From Macrostomum hystrix (Eukaryota; Animalia; Platyhelminthes), in contig CATNEN010000001.1 in the NCBI GenBank assembly GCA_950097015.1, forward strand, positions 23,994,001-24,058,000: 64,000 nucleotides of DNA. Direction: 5' to 3'. How positions within the stretch are numbered: the first letter of the stretch is position 1; every line of letters starts with the position of its first letter. The notes below the pieces were generated by a model. That model was given only the letters and a program-made list of their open reading frames with translations. It searched no databases and was not told the origin of the DNA. Shown in pieces: positions 37,809-52,056 of the stretch. The translations under genes and the position numbers were made by a program.

Positions 37809-39821
37809 TAAAAGATTGAACCAGCATTAACAATGAATTAAATAAACAATTCATTACTATATAAAAACATATATCCTTAAGTCATAAAGGCTTGACTTAT
37901 TGCTATCTGTATAAGTAAAATCTGTTAAATATTGTAGCAGTTATTGGATACTTATAGTCTTTTTCGTATTTTTAATAAATAAAAAGTACAGCACCACTTT
38001 AGCGTCAAATTTCAATAGTAATTTGTTACTTGCGCTTAAAAGTGCTATCAGTATTATTGAGTACTAAATGTTTCTAGTTATATTACTTAATCATTGTCTT
38101 AACTATGTAGTATTTGTCGTCGGTTAATTTTACGATTAAAAAACAAGTCACAGTGTGAATTCCGAATTCCGATACATAGTTGTTTACCGAGTTAGTTGTT
38201 TCTTAATTCATTCTTTTTTTACCTACTTTAAGTATATTGCACAAATAATGTTTTTATTCATTAAAAAATTTACAAAAAATAATTTTATCTGGTAGTGTTT
38301 CTGAAGTACCATGAAAAGCTTTTCTTTAATAATAACTTTCAAACAATTTGTTTAAACGCCCTAATGCGATAATATATAAATGTTTTTATTAGCTTGAATT
38401 GCACTCTGTCTGATGCAGGCGCTCTAAATCCGTTACTCTAAATCGTTGACTCAACATTTTTTGGTGTATTAATTATGATTCTCAAATATTTCAAGCTAAG
38501 TTAATCAACTCACAGATCCAGTTATTGCTTCAAGCAATTCTCCCTGATCTAAACAAATAAATTATGAAGAACCAAATTCGATAGACGTAATTTATCATGC
38601 TTGGTTCCTCACGCGTGATTAAACTTAAAGATGTTAGAAGTCAATGTAAAAAAGTTAATAGAAACAAATACAACACTCAAAAACATTTTCATAATTTTTT
38701 TCGGTTGCAAAAGAGCTAAACTTTATTTTCTAATATTTGTATATGGTTATTACTTTAAGTAATATCGAAATATCAATCGCTATAGGTTAAAGGTTATTTA
38801 GAGAGAGCTATTCAGCGCATTGCTCTTAGAAATTTTCTGCTCAAGTCCACTAACACATGTTCTCCCCTTACTATGATATAATGCGTGTGAAAAGAAAACT
38901 AATTATGATGATTTGGTCTGCAATGAATAGTAAAGATGTTGCCTGAAATACGTTGATTCAAACATAAACGTCAGCTCACAGCTCAGTGGGGTCCTTGTAA
39001 CTAGTGCGCCTTACGGGCCAGTTACCACCATGTTAAATAGATTCCATAATTGCTTGTACAGAGCAGCGGGGGCGCTGAGACAGCAAATTCCCCACGCAGT
39101 GCATTGGTTGTTGTTACGAAAATGTTCTTGTTTTTGTCAATTTGAAGTTGAGTATAGAGAGCTTCTTGCGCGCATGAGAATTTCTCAAGCGAGCCTGAAA
39201 AAGAGATTCGCCATTTTCTTTAGTCTATCAAAAACCGCTGGCCGAGCCGCGCTGCTAAAACTTGTAAAGCGCGAGTGTTTTGGCGCCAGCGGACCAACTC
39301 AAGGGTCGCTTTGATGGCCTGCAGGCGGCGGCTTGTTGGACAGACAAAAGCGGAGCACTAAATATGTGTGCTCAGGGTCCGAGTCTGTCAGACAGCACCG
39401 TGACAGGTTCACATCACTCAGTCAGGTTAGCAAAGAGGTGGGAGAGAGAGAGTCGAGTGGGTCTCGGCGCCGCTCCCAGTCAGTCAGTCTTGTCATCTCC
39501 ATGGCACATCTACAAGTCTCCTGCAGGTTTTTTTGTCGCGTCCTCCATTGAGTTCGGTACTTGAAAGTGTCAAAATAATGGCCTGAATAGCAGGAGCTAC
39601 GGTGACAGTGTCTGAATGGTAGTCATGCCCGCAGGCTGTTGCAGTTGCAGATGGACACAGCTGATATTGCAGCTCGCTGATGCCGCTAAAGATATTGCTC
39701 AAGGTCTCGTCGGCTGGCACAGAAATACAAGATTTCTAACACTGATTGAAGTCATCAACACTCACATTAGATTAGATCGATTAGATTAGAAAATGGCACG
39801 GATCCTAAATAATAATAATTA

Positions 39822-40170
39822 TTGCAGGAGGGCTGCGGGCAGTAGCACATCATTTGGTAACTCTAGCTAGGCCCGCAGCCATGCAGCGAGGAGATAATTT
39901 TGCCAATTTTGCTGACTCCTGAGCACACAAATACCGTATCCAGGCACACGCTCACGCAGGTGTGTACATCTGCTCTGACTTTCCCATCGTCAGGCAGTGT
40001 ACACTTCACTGTGCCTTGAAGGTTTGCCCTCAAGGGCATGCAAATTGCACGACAAGCCCCCAAGCCCTCTCTCCGTGGCTGCGCCCCATATAAATGTGGC
40101 CTCGCCGTGGCATCGAACTTAAGGACCTTGGTGCGAGAGGCAAACGCGTTAACCGCTCTGCCACCGGCCC
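39822..40170 (-). mobile_element. tRNA-derived SINE family 1, full-length copy
   Basis: A and B boxes, (ATT)n-type tail, high similarity to 27846-28189. Confidence 0.85.
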
Positions 40171-41164
40171 TCTCTAAGCAAGGATCCTTTGTCGAGCACT
40201 TTTTTTCACCAGTGGAACCTCCGAAAGCAGAATGGTTGAAGTAATCGGATGAACCGAAAGCCAAGCAGAGCTTCCACCTGAGCCGCATGGAATGTGAGAG
40301 CTAAATTGGTTCGCAGGTCTAATATATCTTCTATAAAGAAATGAAATTTGAGACCAATACTAGGCGCGAGTCCCTCATGCTGGCTTCCATGGCCTAATAG
40401 ACGCGGCAGATAATCATAGGTTTGGAGCCTGCATGGCAGTCAGTTTCACACACTGGCATTGTGAAATTGGACCGGCAGCCCCTGCTCCATCACCGATGCC
40501 ATCCCAGCCTTTGTCCAGACTCTCTCATCCATGACGCACTCATCCCACACTCTCCACCTAGCTGGGCTATAGCAGTGCTGTGAGACGATTTGAGTTCCCA
40601 TCACGGGAATTTCAGAGCCGGCGCGGGAGACCCCCTGGAGGGAGGCACGGCGACACCCCGGCGAGGCAGGGCCGCACCGGGACTGGCGAGCCTCTCAACT
40701 TCTTCGGCATGTGGCGGAACAAACAGCCAAAGAGAGAATTTGTTTTATCGGCTTCCGTTGCTGCAGCTAAGATAACAGCACTAAAGTGTGCTCAAAGCGT
40801 TGCTTGACACGCAAACTCGGCGGGCGGTCTGGCTTTGACCGATCGTTTGGAAAGCATTGCGGCTGCGGAATCTGCGAGGTGAAAGCCAAACCAAATTAAG
40901 AGCCTGCTTGGCTTCATATGCGGCTGCGTGACTGTCAAATTAAATTATTTGTGCTGGTGCAAATCTTTAGATAGACACATTTTCAGTTGCCTAGCGGGCT
41001 TCCAGGTGTGATGTGAGTTGTGACGGAGTTTATCTGTGACATCCTGTGGGTCAGAGGGTTTTAACTTTCGAATTTGTTTAGTTTGTTTTCCTTTGTGCCT
41101 GGTTATTACAGCAGATTTCGACTCCCTTTTTATATTGTTCTGTTTCGAGAGACATTTATCATGT

Positions 41165-41465
41165 CTCCCTGTACATCTAACCTGTCTCCCTCTCTGCCTA
41201 CCCTGTCTCCCTCTCTGCCTACCCTGTCTCCCTCTCTGCCTACCGTGACTCCCTCTCTGCCTACCGTGTGCTCCCTCTCTGCCTACCGTGTCTCCCTCAC
41301 TACCTACCCTGTCTCCCTGTCTAACTACCCTTTCTACCTCTCTACCTGCCCTTTATCCCTCTCTACCTGCCCTTTATCCCTCTCTACCTACCCTGTCTCC
41401 CTCATTAAATGCCCTGTCTCGCTCTCTACCTACTCTGCCCCTTTTAGCCTACTGTGTCTCCCTCT
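41165..41465. repeat. Pyrimidine-rich repeat (cctaccctgtctccctctctg)n
   Basis: Visible tandem reiteration. Confidence 0.8.
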
Positions 41466-42095
41466 CATCATACCCTACCCAGGATGTTAGAATTATCAAT
41501 AATGACAATTCGTATGTCATTAAAAATTGTCAATCTTGCAAAAATATTTTGCACGCAAAGGAGCCGAAATATTTCTATTATTTCCTTAGGACAGTGTGTC
41601 ATTCTTGCTGTGTTTGTCATGCGTGTCAATAATCTAACTCGACAACAAACTTCTAAAATTGAGTTGTTGCAAAGCTTGCTTGTCAAAACTGTTTTTGTCT
41701 TCTGCAGTCTTCGAAAAAAATTATTTAACAAGAAACGCTTGACACGCTTTGCTAAAATTTGTGCAAAAACTGTGCGGAGGCGCAAAACTATTCTTCTTAT
41801 CAAACTGTATCTCCGTTACCATAGCAACCAATCTTGTGGGAGGCGAAAAACTGTAGACATGTAGATAGGTGATGAAGCACTGATGTTTCAGTCGCTAAAT
41901 ATTGCTAATTGATTGTGAGAATTAGTCTGCTAGCTGAGCAACCTTTTTGCTCTGTGATGTTGGCGAGAATTTTAACAAATGGAACCACGGTTATCTGATT
42001 ATCTACTTCAAGATTAAAGATGACTTATTGACTGAGAAGCTTTAGAATATTGACTGTTTGATAACTGCAAATTTTGAATATTTAAAAGAGCAACT

Positions 42096-42129
<34 letters not shown>

Positions 42130-42458
42130 CACTTACTTACTTACTTACTTACCTACTTACTTACTCAGTTACTTACTTACTCACTTACTTACTTACTTAC
42201 TTACTTACTGACTTACCTACTTACTTACTTACTTACTTACCTACTTACTTACTTACTTACTTACCTACTTACTTACTCAGTTACTTACCTACTTACTTAC
42301 TCACTTACTTACTTACTTACTTACCTACTTACTTACTTACTTACTTACCTACTTACTTACTCAGTTACTTACCTACTTACTTACTCACTTACTTACTTAC
42401 TTACTTACCTACTTACTTACTTACTTACTTACCTACTTACTTACTTACTTACTTACTC

Positions 42459-42489
<31 letters not shown>

Positions 42490-42521
42490 GACTTACCTAC
42501 TTACTTACTTACTTACTTACC

Positions 42522-42615
<94 letters not shown>
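42096..42615. repeat. (ACTT)n microsatellite
   Basis: About 130 tetramer units. Confidence 0.97.
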
Positions 42616-43189
42616 ATCACAAAGTTACCGCCTTTTGCAAAAAAGCAATTTAGAAGTCGCTCAATTTAAGGCTTTCGCTACAATTTCACTTGACAACAAG
42701 ACAAGTCGCGAATAAACAAATGAGTATTTATGTATTTAGCAAGGCTAAACAGATTAATGAAAAAATAACTAAACATACATGGCACAAGCACATGTCTTTA
42801 TTAACACTGCATACACACAATCTGCATTTTTGGCTGTAAGAAAATCACATTTATCGATGGTTTAAATTAACAAGAAAATATTCACTGGTTGCTAAGGTAC
42901 AAAATGTCATCCCTTAAGTCCAGGGAGTCGTCTCAGACTGTTATTCTACATCAGCAGATAAGGTGTGATTGAAGCAAAGTAATGAAATCTACAACGCATT
43001 TCATGAGCACAATTATCCAACGATTGAGCAGAAAAAGCACCAGCGAGGACATTGTGGGAGACATGTTATCATTGGCAAGCGAGTCAGATGATTAATGCAA
43101 ACTGATTTATTGACTGACGAACCATTGTAGATTGTTAAGAAGTGACTACGGGAATATTAAACAATATTGTCTCTTAGGCAAGATTCTTC

Positions 43190-44829
43190 TGATGGGTCAG
43201 ACGAAAATATCTGGGCTCAGCAGGGAATGTCAAAATGGGTCAGACAGGGAATGTCAGGATGGGTCAGACAGGGAATGTCAAGATGGGTCAGACAGGGAAT
43301 GTCAGGATGGCTCAGACAGGGAATGTCAAAATGGGTCAGACAGGGAATGTCAGGATGGGTCAGACAGGGAATGTCAGGGTGGGTCAGACAGGGAATGTCA
43401 GGATGGGTCAGACAGGGATTGTCAGGATGGGTCAGACAGGGAATGTCAGGATGGGTCAGACAGGGAGTGTCAGGATGGCTCAGCAGGGAATGTCAAAATG
43501 GGTCAGACAGGGAATGTCAGGATGGGTCAGACAGGGAATGTCAGGGTGGGTCAGACAGGGAATGTCAGGATGGGTCAGACAGGGATTGTCAGGATGGGTC
43601 AGACAGGGAATGTCAGGATGGGTCAGACAGGGAGTGTCAAGATGGGTCAGACAGGGAATGTCAAGATGGGTCAGACAGGGAATGTCAGGATGGGTCAGAC
43701 AGGGAATGTCAGGGTGGGTCAGACAGGGAATGTCAGGATGGGTCAGACAGGGATTGTCAGGATGGGTCAGACAGGGAATGGCAGGATGGGTCAGACAGGG
43801 AGTGTCAAGATGGGTCAGACAGGGAATGTCAAGATGGGTCAGACAGGGAATATCAAGATGGGTCAGACAGGGAATGTCAGGGTGGGTCAGACAGGGAATG
43901 TCAGGATGGGTCAGACAGGGATTGTCAGGATGGGTCAGACAGGGAATGTCAGGATGGGTCAGACAGGGAGTGTCAAGATGGGTCAGACAGGGAATGTCAG
44001 GATGGGTCAGACAGGGAATGTCAGGGTGGGTCAGACAGGGAATGTCAGGATGGGTCAGACAGGGATTGTCAGGATGGGTCAGACAGGGAATGTCAGGATG
44101 GGTCAGACAGGGAGTGTCAAGATGGGTCAGACAGGGAATGTCAAAATGGGTCAGACAGGGAATGTCAGGATGGGTCAGACAGGGAATGTCAGGGTGGGTC
44201 AGACAGGGAATGTCAGGATGGGTCAGACAGGGATTGTCAGGATGGGTCAGACAGGGAATGTCAGGATGGGTCAGACAGGGAGTGTCAAGATGGGTCAGAC
44301 AGGGAATGTCAAGATGGGTCAGACAGGGAATATCAAGATGGGTCAGACAGGGAATGTCAGGGTGGGTCAGACAGGGAATGTCAGGATGGGTCAGACAGGG
44401 AATGTCAGGGTGGGTCAGACAGGGAATGTCAGGGTGGGTCAGACAGGGAATGTCAGGATGGGTCAGACAGGGAATGTCAGGGTGGGTCAGACAGGGAATG
44501 TCAGGGTGGGTCAGACAGGGAATGTCAAGATGGGTCAGACAGGGAATGTCAGGATGGGTCAGACAGGGAATGTCAAGATGGGTCAGACAGGGAATGTCAG
44601 GGTGGGTCAGACAGGGAATGTCAGGATGGGTCAGACAGGGAATGTCAGAGTGGGTCTGACAGGGAATGTCAGGATGGGTCAGACAGGGAATGTCAGGATG
44701 GGTCAGACAGGGAATGTCAGGATGGGTCAGACAGGGAATGTCAGGATGGGTCAGACAGGGAATGTCAGGATGGGTCAGACAGGGATTGTCAGGATGGTTC
44801 AGACAGGGAATGTCAGAGTGGGTCTGACG
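43190..44829. repeat. 24-bp minisatellite (gggtcagacagggaatgtcaggat)n immediately 3' of the Sp gene stop
   Basis: About 68 units; source of the ECQDGSDR, GQTGNVRM and THPDIPCL ORFs. Confidence 0.96.
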
Positions 44830-44837
44830 AGTACACG

Positions 44838-47800
44838 TTAAAGCGAGTTGGCCTCGCCGACTTCGTCCACATCGACAGACGCAGAGTGGGCGCCCTCGGC
44901 GTGTGTCTTGGAGTGCTTGGTGAGGTGGTCGGAGCGCATGAACCGCTTGCCGCAGACTGAGCATACGAAGCGTTTCTCGCCAGTGTGGGTGCGCACATGC
45001 CGCTGTAGCTCGTCCGATCGGGTGAAACGTCGGCCGCAGTTGGCCAGGCTGCACACAAAAGGCCGCTCGCCCGTGTGCCACCTCAGGTGCGCCTTCAGGT
45101 GCGAAGTCTTGTTATAGACCTTGCCGCAGCCGGGTACATGACAGTTGTGGAGGCCACCGCCAAGTCGCAGCCGTGTCTGCGCAGACGCGGCTGGGCCCAG
45201 ACGTTCGGCTTCGCGACAGTTCGGGCAGTCGCAGGTGGCCCGGCTGGTGGCGGAGGAGTTCGGCTGCTTCGACGACTTCACGGCGGATGAATGATGCCGC
45301 TGCTGCTGCTGCTGCTGCTGTTGCTGAGTTTGGGCCGGCAGCTGCGGAGGTGGCTGCGGCAGCGACGGAGGCTGCAATGGCACGTGCTGACTGGATCCAA
45401 AGTAGGCTTGGTGATGAGGATGCTGCTGCTGCTGTTGCTGCTGAAAATAGTGCTGATAAGGATGAGGCGTTGAGTTAGTCTGGTGCAGCTGCTGCTGCTG
45501 CTGCTGCTGCTGCTGCGTGTTGTAGATGCCTGATGCTCCATTGCCGGCAGTGGCATTGTAGGCAGCGGCATGGTAGGTGTAGGCGGATGTTGGCAGGTCC
45601 CACGGCAGGTAGGACTGCGGCAGCCACGCAGCCGGGTGGTGGTGGCAAAGAGCGGCCGCCGCAGCCGCTGCAGCCGCAAAATCGGACGTTTTTGTTGACG
45701 CTTCAGGATCTCGACGGCGCTGCTGCTGCTGCTGATGTTGAGGATGATGAAGAGACTGCTGAGGCTGCTGAAGCGGCTGGTGTTGCAGCTGCTGATGCTG
45801 ATGCTGCTGATTGTACTGATGCTGATGCACGTTCGAAGCAGTTGGATAGAAGTAGGGCGCCAGTGAAACGGCTGCGGCTGCGGCTGCCGCGGAGGCGTCC
45901 TTGTAGCTGTCCGGTGACGGCTTCAAAGGCGAAGCGATCGGGCTACCGCTGCTGTCAGCGGGGGCAGCTCCGGGCACCTCCGGTGGGCTGCCGTGAGACT
46001 TCACCACCCCCATGGCCAGCTGCTGATGCTGGAGGTGATGTTCTACGGCAGTGATGTTTGGCGAATGGGACGGCGGCAGCTGTTGGTGCTGAAGCTGCAC
46101 AGAGTCCTGGGGAAACCGAATGGAAATGTCTTCCATTAGGATTAAGGCTCAGAATTTTTTAAATACGAAGCATACAAAATGAGTGCAGCTGAGTTAAATC
46201 TAAGGCAGCAATCTCGGCATTCAGCCATGCCGATCAAAGAGGTCCCTAAACTGGTCCAACCTCAGATCTTTATCTGATCTTTGTTAAAATCACGAATGCG
46301 AAGTGAAGCGACCCGTTGCGGGCGCAAATGTCAGTGAGCACAGTCCCCGCAAAAATCCCTCGAGGGGGGAATTATTTTTCGAGGTTAGAAAGCTTTGTTG
46401 GGTCATCTAACTGGAGATTTGAGGGTGAGCGCTTGTCACAACGAATTTGACCGACAGGTTGTCTGAACTGCTCACTCTGCTGTTAATTTCGCTTATTCAC
46501 AAAGACTCTCGGATAGAAAGGGCTTGACTTTCTGCGAAATTTTTCACACCATTGAGTACTAGGATACATAAATTACTGAGTTGATACTATAATTAAATAC
46601 AATAGAATTGCTGGACTCAGAAAATTAAAAAATATTATCTTCACGATAGGTGCCTTTCGAATTCCAAGACTTTAACTGGGATCTTTTCAGTTTGGATCTG
46701 CAGAACTTCAGTTGGGATCTTTCAAGACTTCAGTTGGGATCTTTCAAGACTTCAGTTGGGATCTTTCAAGACTTCAGTTGGGATCTTTCAAGACTTCAGC
46801 TGGGATCTTTCAAGACTTCAATTGGGATCTTTCAAGACTTCAATTGGGATCTTTCAAGACTTCAATTGGGATCTTTCAAGACTTCAATTGGGATCTTTCA
46901 AGACTTCAATTGGGATCTTTCAAGACTTCAATTGGGATCTTTCAAGACTTCAATTGGGATCTTTCAAGACTTCAATTGGGATCTTTCAAGACTTCAATTG
47001 GGATCTTTCAAGACTTCAATTGGGATCTTTCAAGACTTCAATTGGGATCTTTCAAGACTTCAATTGGGATCTTTCAAGACTTCAATTGGGATCTTTCAAG
47101 ACTTCAATTGGGATCTTTCAAGACTTCAATTGGGATCTTTCAAGACTTCAATTGGGATCCTTCAAGACTTCAATTGAGATCTTTCAAGACTTCAATTGAG
47201 ATCTTTCAAGACTTCAATTGGGACAAGCTTTCAGCTCTGGCCAGTCTGGTCTGCTTGCTAGAATTATCGGTGTCACTTGAAATGAAATGCAAGTAAACTT
47301 TTAATCGGTCACGTAGTGTCCATATCAAATAAGTTGCGGACTCAAATAGCTTGAGCACACCTCATTGTGAGCAGGGCTAGTCACACATTCCGATGCGCAT
47401 GCAAACTTATTATTAAGAGGCTATAGTCTAAGCAATGTCAATAACACAAACTATCTAAAGTATATTAAGTAAGCTCAACGCAGAGCAGATGATGATAATT
47501 ATAGCATATACTCAAACTCCACAATATCACAGGCTCAGCATCGAATTGTCAGGTCCAGATGTTTGCTAAGTTTGTACACATCATGAGGGCATGACATTGT
47601 GACAGAGATGGATTTGATATCAATTTGGAGACTGTGCTTCTACTGAATATGCCTGAATTAAGGTGCGTTTCAACTGCAACATGGCTGCAACATCTGCCAT
47701 CTCCCTCACTTCCCCCCTGCCCCTCTTACTTCCCCTCTGCCTCCATCGCTTCCCCACTGCCCCTCTCGCTTCCCCTCTGCCTCCATCGCTTCCCCACTGT

Positions 47801-48604
47801 CCCTGTCGCTTCCCCTCTGCTCCTCTCGCTTCCCCTCTGCCCCTCTCGCTTCCCCTCTGCCCCTCTCGCTTCCCCTCTGCCTCCATCGCTTCCCCACTGT
47901 CCCTGTCGCTTCCCCACTGCCCCTCTCGCTTCCCATCTGCCCCTCTCGCTTCCCCTCTGCTCCTCTCGCTTCCCCTCTGCCCCTCTTACTTCCCCACTGC
48001 CTCCATCGCTTCCCCACTGCCCCTCTCGCTTCCCCACTGCCCCTCTCGCTTCCCCACTGCCCCTCTCGCTTCCCCTCTTCCCCTCTCGCTTCCCCTCTGC
48101 CTCCATCGCTTCCCCACTGCCCCTCTCGCTTCCCCTCTGCCTCCATCGCTTCCCCACTGCCCCTCTCTCTTCCCCTCTGCCCCTCTCGCTTCCCCTCTGC
48201 CCCTCTCGCTTCCCCTCTGCCCCTCTCGCTTCCCCTCTGCCCGTATCGCTTCCCCTCTGTCCCTCTTACTTCCCCACTGCCTCCATCGCTTCCCAACTGC
48301 CCCTCTCGCTTCCCCTCTGCCCCTCTCGCTTCCCCTCTGCCTCCCTCACTTCCCCTCTGTCCCTCCCGCTTCCCCTCTCCCCCTCTAACTTCCCCTCTGC
48401 CACTCTCACTTCCCTTCTGCTATCTCCCTCACTTCCCCACTGCCCCTGTCCCTGATTTCTCAGTACCTGCCCTGCTAATCAGTCTCATTTCAAGCCTCAA
48501 AATCAGGAAGCTCAAAGCCCAGCTGATGCAGGCAAATAATCAATAATTAAGCAAAATAAACAAAGACTTACCTGGTGAAAGCAGAAGCTTGTCGGATTGT
48601 ACAT
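44838..48604 (-). CDS. sp6-9: Sp6-9/buttonhead-family C2H2 zinc-finger transcription factor
   Basis: Btd box [17 protein letters not shown] followed by three Sp-type fingers ([29 protein letters not shown]..., [20 protein letters not shown]). Main exon is 46106-44838 (or ATG at 46136). A likely 33-nt first exon 48604-48572 ([11 protein letters not shown]|GTAAG) splices in phase 0. Confidence 0.92.
46665..47223. repeat. 22-bp minisatellite (ttgggatctttcaagacttcaa)n
   Basis: About 24 units. Confidence 0.95.
47700..48452. repeat. 20-bp pyrimidine minisatellite (ccctctcgcttcccctctgc)n
   Basis: About 37 units. Confidence 0.95.
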
Positions 48605-49080
48605 TGATTGGCCCAGCAACTGTGGCTAGTAAATCTGATATATACGATTATTTTTTTGCTGAACAATTAAAATGTGTAGCAACACTGACGGCTCGATAAG
48701 CTGACAATTATGCTAATAATTGACAGCGGTGGGCGGCAACCGAGAATGCCAACAATTACAGCCTTGGCTTGGTCTGAGAAGGCGTGGTCAGTTGAAAATT
48801 GCAATGCAAAAGCAAGAAGTCTGGTTGGAAGGAGAGGCTCACAGAAGCAAATAGACAGCGAGGTGGGCGGAGCTCGATTTTACAAGGAAATATCTACTTA
48901 CGCGGGCCGGTGGGGGCCCGGCCGATGGTGGGTTCGAGGTCGCGATAGCTGGCAGGGTCTGGCGGACTCCGTGGGGTTGGCGGCCGATTCTCATTGGCTG
49001 GGCCGGGGCGCGTCAACCAGCCCAGCGGCTGCGTGTGGAAACTGACAGCTGCAAGCTCAACTGCCATTGGCTGGGAGGGC
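48605..49080 (-). promoter_or_regulatory. Putative 5' UTR/promoter of the Sp gene
   Basis: GC-rich island with GC boxes (gggcgg near 48731 and 48865) and CCAAT boxes on the minus strand (attgg near 48994 and 49066), upstream of the predicted first exon. Confidence 0.45.
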
Positions 49081-49789
49081 CTCCTAAACTAGAAATCCGA
49101 TTTCATTATGATTTCATTCGATGAATTCGGACAGTAGAGAAAAAATCCGGGCTAAAACAAAAGCCGCATGCTTTTAGACAATCGCTGTTTGAACCGCAAA
49201 GGTTCTCATTTACTCAGCTGGAGGCATTCCTGAGTCATTGCTGTCGCGCTCTGACGAAGGGTCAAGTGCTGGACCATGCAGTCTCTAGCCATGGACAATT
49301 ATAGACAGCTTCATCAACTCTTGAAAGCCCATGTTTTATCGGCAACTTGAAGAAATGCAACCATGCTACCTCTCTATTCTATAGTCACTGTTGCATTTCA
49401 TTAGCACATTGGGAGCAGCAATGCGACCTGGGATGGGGGATTTCTCACCTTTGGCCACCGCTGCAGTTTTAGTGCACTCTCTCTAACTGTGCTCCAATCT
49501 AAAGTTGAAAATTGGTCTCAAAGTGACAAGTGTGTAAAGTCGTGTGATTTCACACCTGACACCTATGCGGCTTGCTTTTGAAAGATGAGGAAGAAAACCT
49601 CAAGTTGTGAGGTGGGAATTGAGTGGTGAAATGAACGTTGGCATTGAAAACTTATCCAGGAGAGTATGTTATAATTGATAACCCTAAAATAGCATGATGT
49701 AAGTCAATGTGAGAATTAAAGCCGGAATAGATTTACCAAAAGTGAAATAACAATGACCCTGATTGATGAAGCAAGGAAAATGCAAATTG

Positions 49790-50556
49790 AGTGACAGGAC
49801 AAGAGTGACAGAAAAATAGTGACAGAAAAATAGTGACAGAAAAATAGTGACAGAAAAATAGTGACAGAAAAATAGTGACAGAAAAATAGTGACAGAAAAA
49901 TAGTGACAGAAAAATAGTGACAGAAAAATAGTGACAGGACAAGAGTGACAGGACAAGAGTGACAGAAAAATAGTGACAGAAAAATAGTGACAGGATAAGA
50001 GTGACAGGATAAGAGTGACAGGATAAGAGTGACAGGATAAGAGTGACAGGATAAGAGTGACAGGATAAGAGTGACAGGATAAGAGTGACAGGATAAGAGT
50101 GACAGGATAAGAGTGACAGGATAAGAGTGACAGGATAAGAGTGACAGGATAAGAGTGACAGGATAAGAGTGACAGGATAAGAGTGACAGGATAAGAGTGA
50201 CAGGATAAGAGTGACAGGATAAGAGTGACAGGATAAGAGTGACAGGATAAGAGTGACAGGATAAGAGTGACAGGATAAGAGTGACAGGATAAGAGTGACA
50301 GGATAAGAGTGACAGGATAAGAGTGACAGGATAAGAGTGACAGGATAAGAGTGACAGGATAAGAGTGACAGGATAAGAGTGACAGGATAAGAGTGACAGG
50401 ATAAGAGTGACAGGATAAGAGTGACAGGATAAGAGTGACAGGATAAGAGTGACAGGATAAGAGTGACAGGATAAGAGTGACAGGATAAGAGTGACAGGAT
50501 AAGAGTGACAGGATAAGAGTGACAGGATAAGAGTGACAGGATAAGAGTGACAGGAC
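49790..50556. repeat. 14-bp minisatellite (gtgacagaaaaata)n changing to (gtgacaggataaga)n
   Basis: About 54 units in two variant blocks. Confidence 0.96.
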
Positions 50557-52056
50557 TTGTATCTACGGCAATACCTAAAGAGCTGGTCAAACTTCATTCT
50601 AATGAACGATCATTATTCATCCTTTTGAAATACCAATTTCGAGGTCTAAGCATCAATACATTGAGAATGATCTCACACAGTCTGCTCTATTTGAATGAGT
50701 TCGGACAATGATTGACTAATTAATAATAGGTGTTATTAATAGACAGCATTGCAAGAGAAAATTATGCAGGATTGCCTTAGCAACTGGCGAGCAAAACTGG
50801 CTTTACAGATCCAGTAGTGTCAAATCGAGGCTGTGAAATCTGCTTCAATGATCAATTTTTACTTTCTCCTCAGCCAATTCTGATCCCACAGTAGAATCAT
50901 ATGGCAACACAGACTTTGCAAAGTCTAAAATAGTCGCAAAATGCAGCTCTTATCGTGCTCAATGAAGTGTGCTCATAGCCTTCACATTCATAATGGAGTC
51001 ATAATACACCCGATTCCCAACCCCCATAGTGATCTGGCCATTGTCCTGGGCTGTTGTATTATTTGTCGAATCCAAGCCTATTTATAGTCATGTGATTATT
51101 GAGCATAGGTTTCTGAGTATATCTGAGACTTAAGCGGCATGCATGGCTGCACTCTATTGGGGTGTCGATCTCAAGAATTTAAGTTACTCAACTGCATAAA
51201 AATATACTTTGGCGTGAAAAACTTGGTTGCCATGATGGCATGCGTGTCATGATCCCCCTCTCACGTTAAAAATCCCCACAGGCAGGGAATATAGTGCGTC
51301 AAGTGACGCGTGTACTGACTGACACAGACACAAACACAGCCTAATTAACCTGTATAAATAAAATCTCATTTTTTTAGTATACAAAGTCTTTGTTTTGGCT
51401 TTCATCTTTGATCCGTTTTTGGTTTATTAACGAGCTCATTGGGAAATTCAAAGAAAGAAACGTATCATTTTCCAGCCTTCCAAAAACTTTCTCCCACATT
51501 TTGTCGGCATGGCATGACACGACATTTTGTAGAAGAATTCAGACCAGACCACACTCAGGCCTTCAATTAACTTTGCTGTTTCTTATGCCCTGGTGCAAAA
51601 AATATTTGAAATGTCACATCGAGTTATAAGAATCACTGGAACAGACTGAGAGAAAAGAACTGTCACGATAATTACTGGGTTTAGAGACGACCCGCTAAAA
51701 ATGTCTCTAATCCTCTATTTTTATCCCAATTTCTTATTTTTTCCTCTGTTAAGGATTTCTCCCCAAAGCGAAATGCGCAACCAAAGATGAAATGTCCCAA
51801 CTTAAAGCCGAGGCTGCACCGATTGACAAATTACTGGTGTGAAAAATAATTTCAAAACGGATTACTCTGACTAAATGAATATACTAGTCGATAATTGGGC
51901 GAAACGAATTTAATTAGATCGAGTGCTGTAATCCAATCTCCACCTTATTGGATTATGTGCTCATGCTGAGGGTCTGGCAGACGTTCACAACATAAAAGGG
52001 ACTATTATTGTGGGAGAGGCTGCATGAATGTTCGCGCATTGTTCAACGGAACTTCA

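Noticed and set aside
39493-39720. 75-aa minus-strand ORF upstream of Abl
   Set aside because: No recognisable motif or supported splice partner.
43132-44960. Long ECQDGSDR and GQTGNVRM ORFs
   Set aside because: All three forward frames are open because of a stop-free 24-bp unit.
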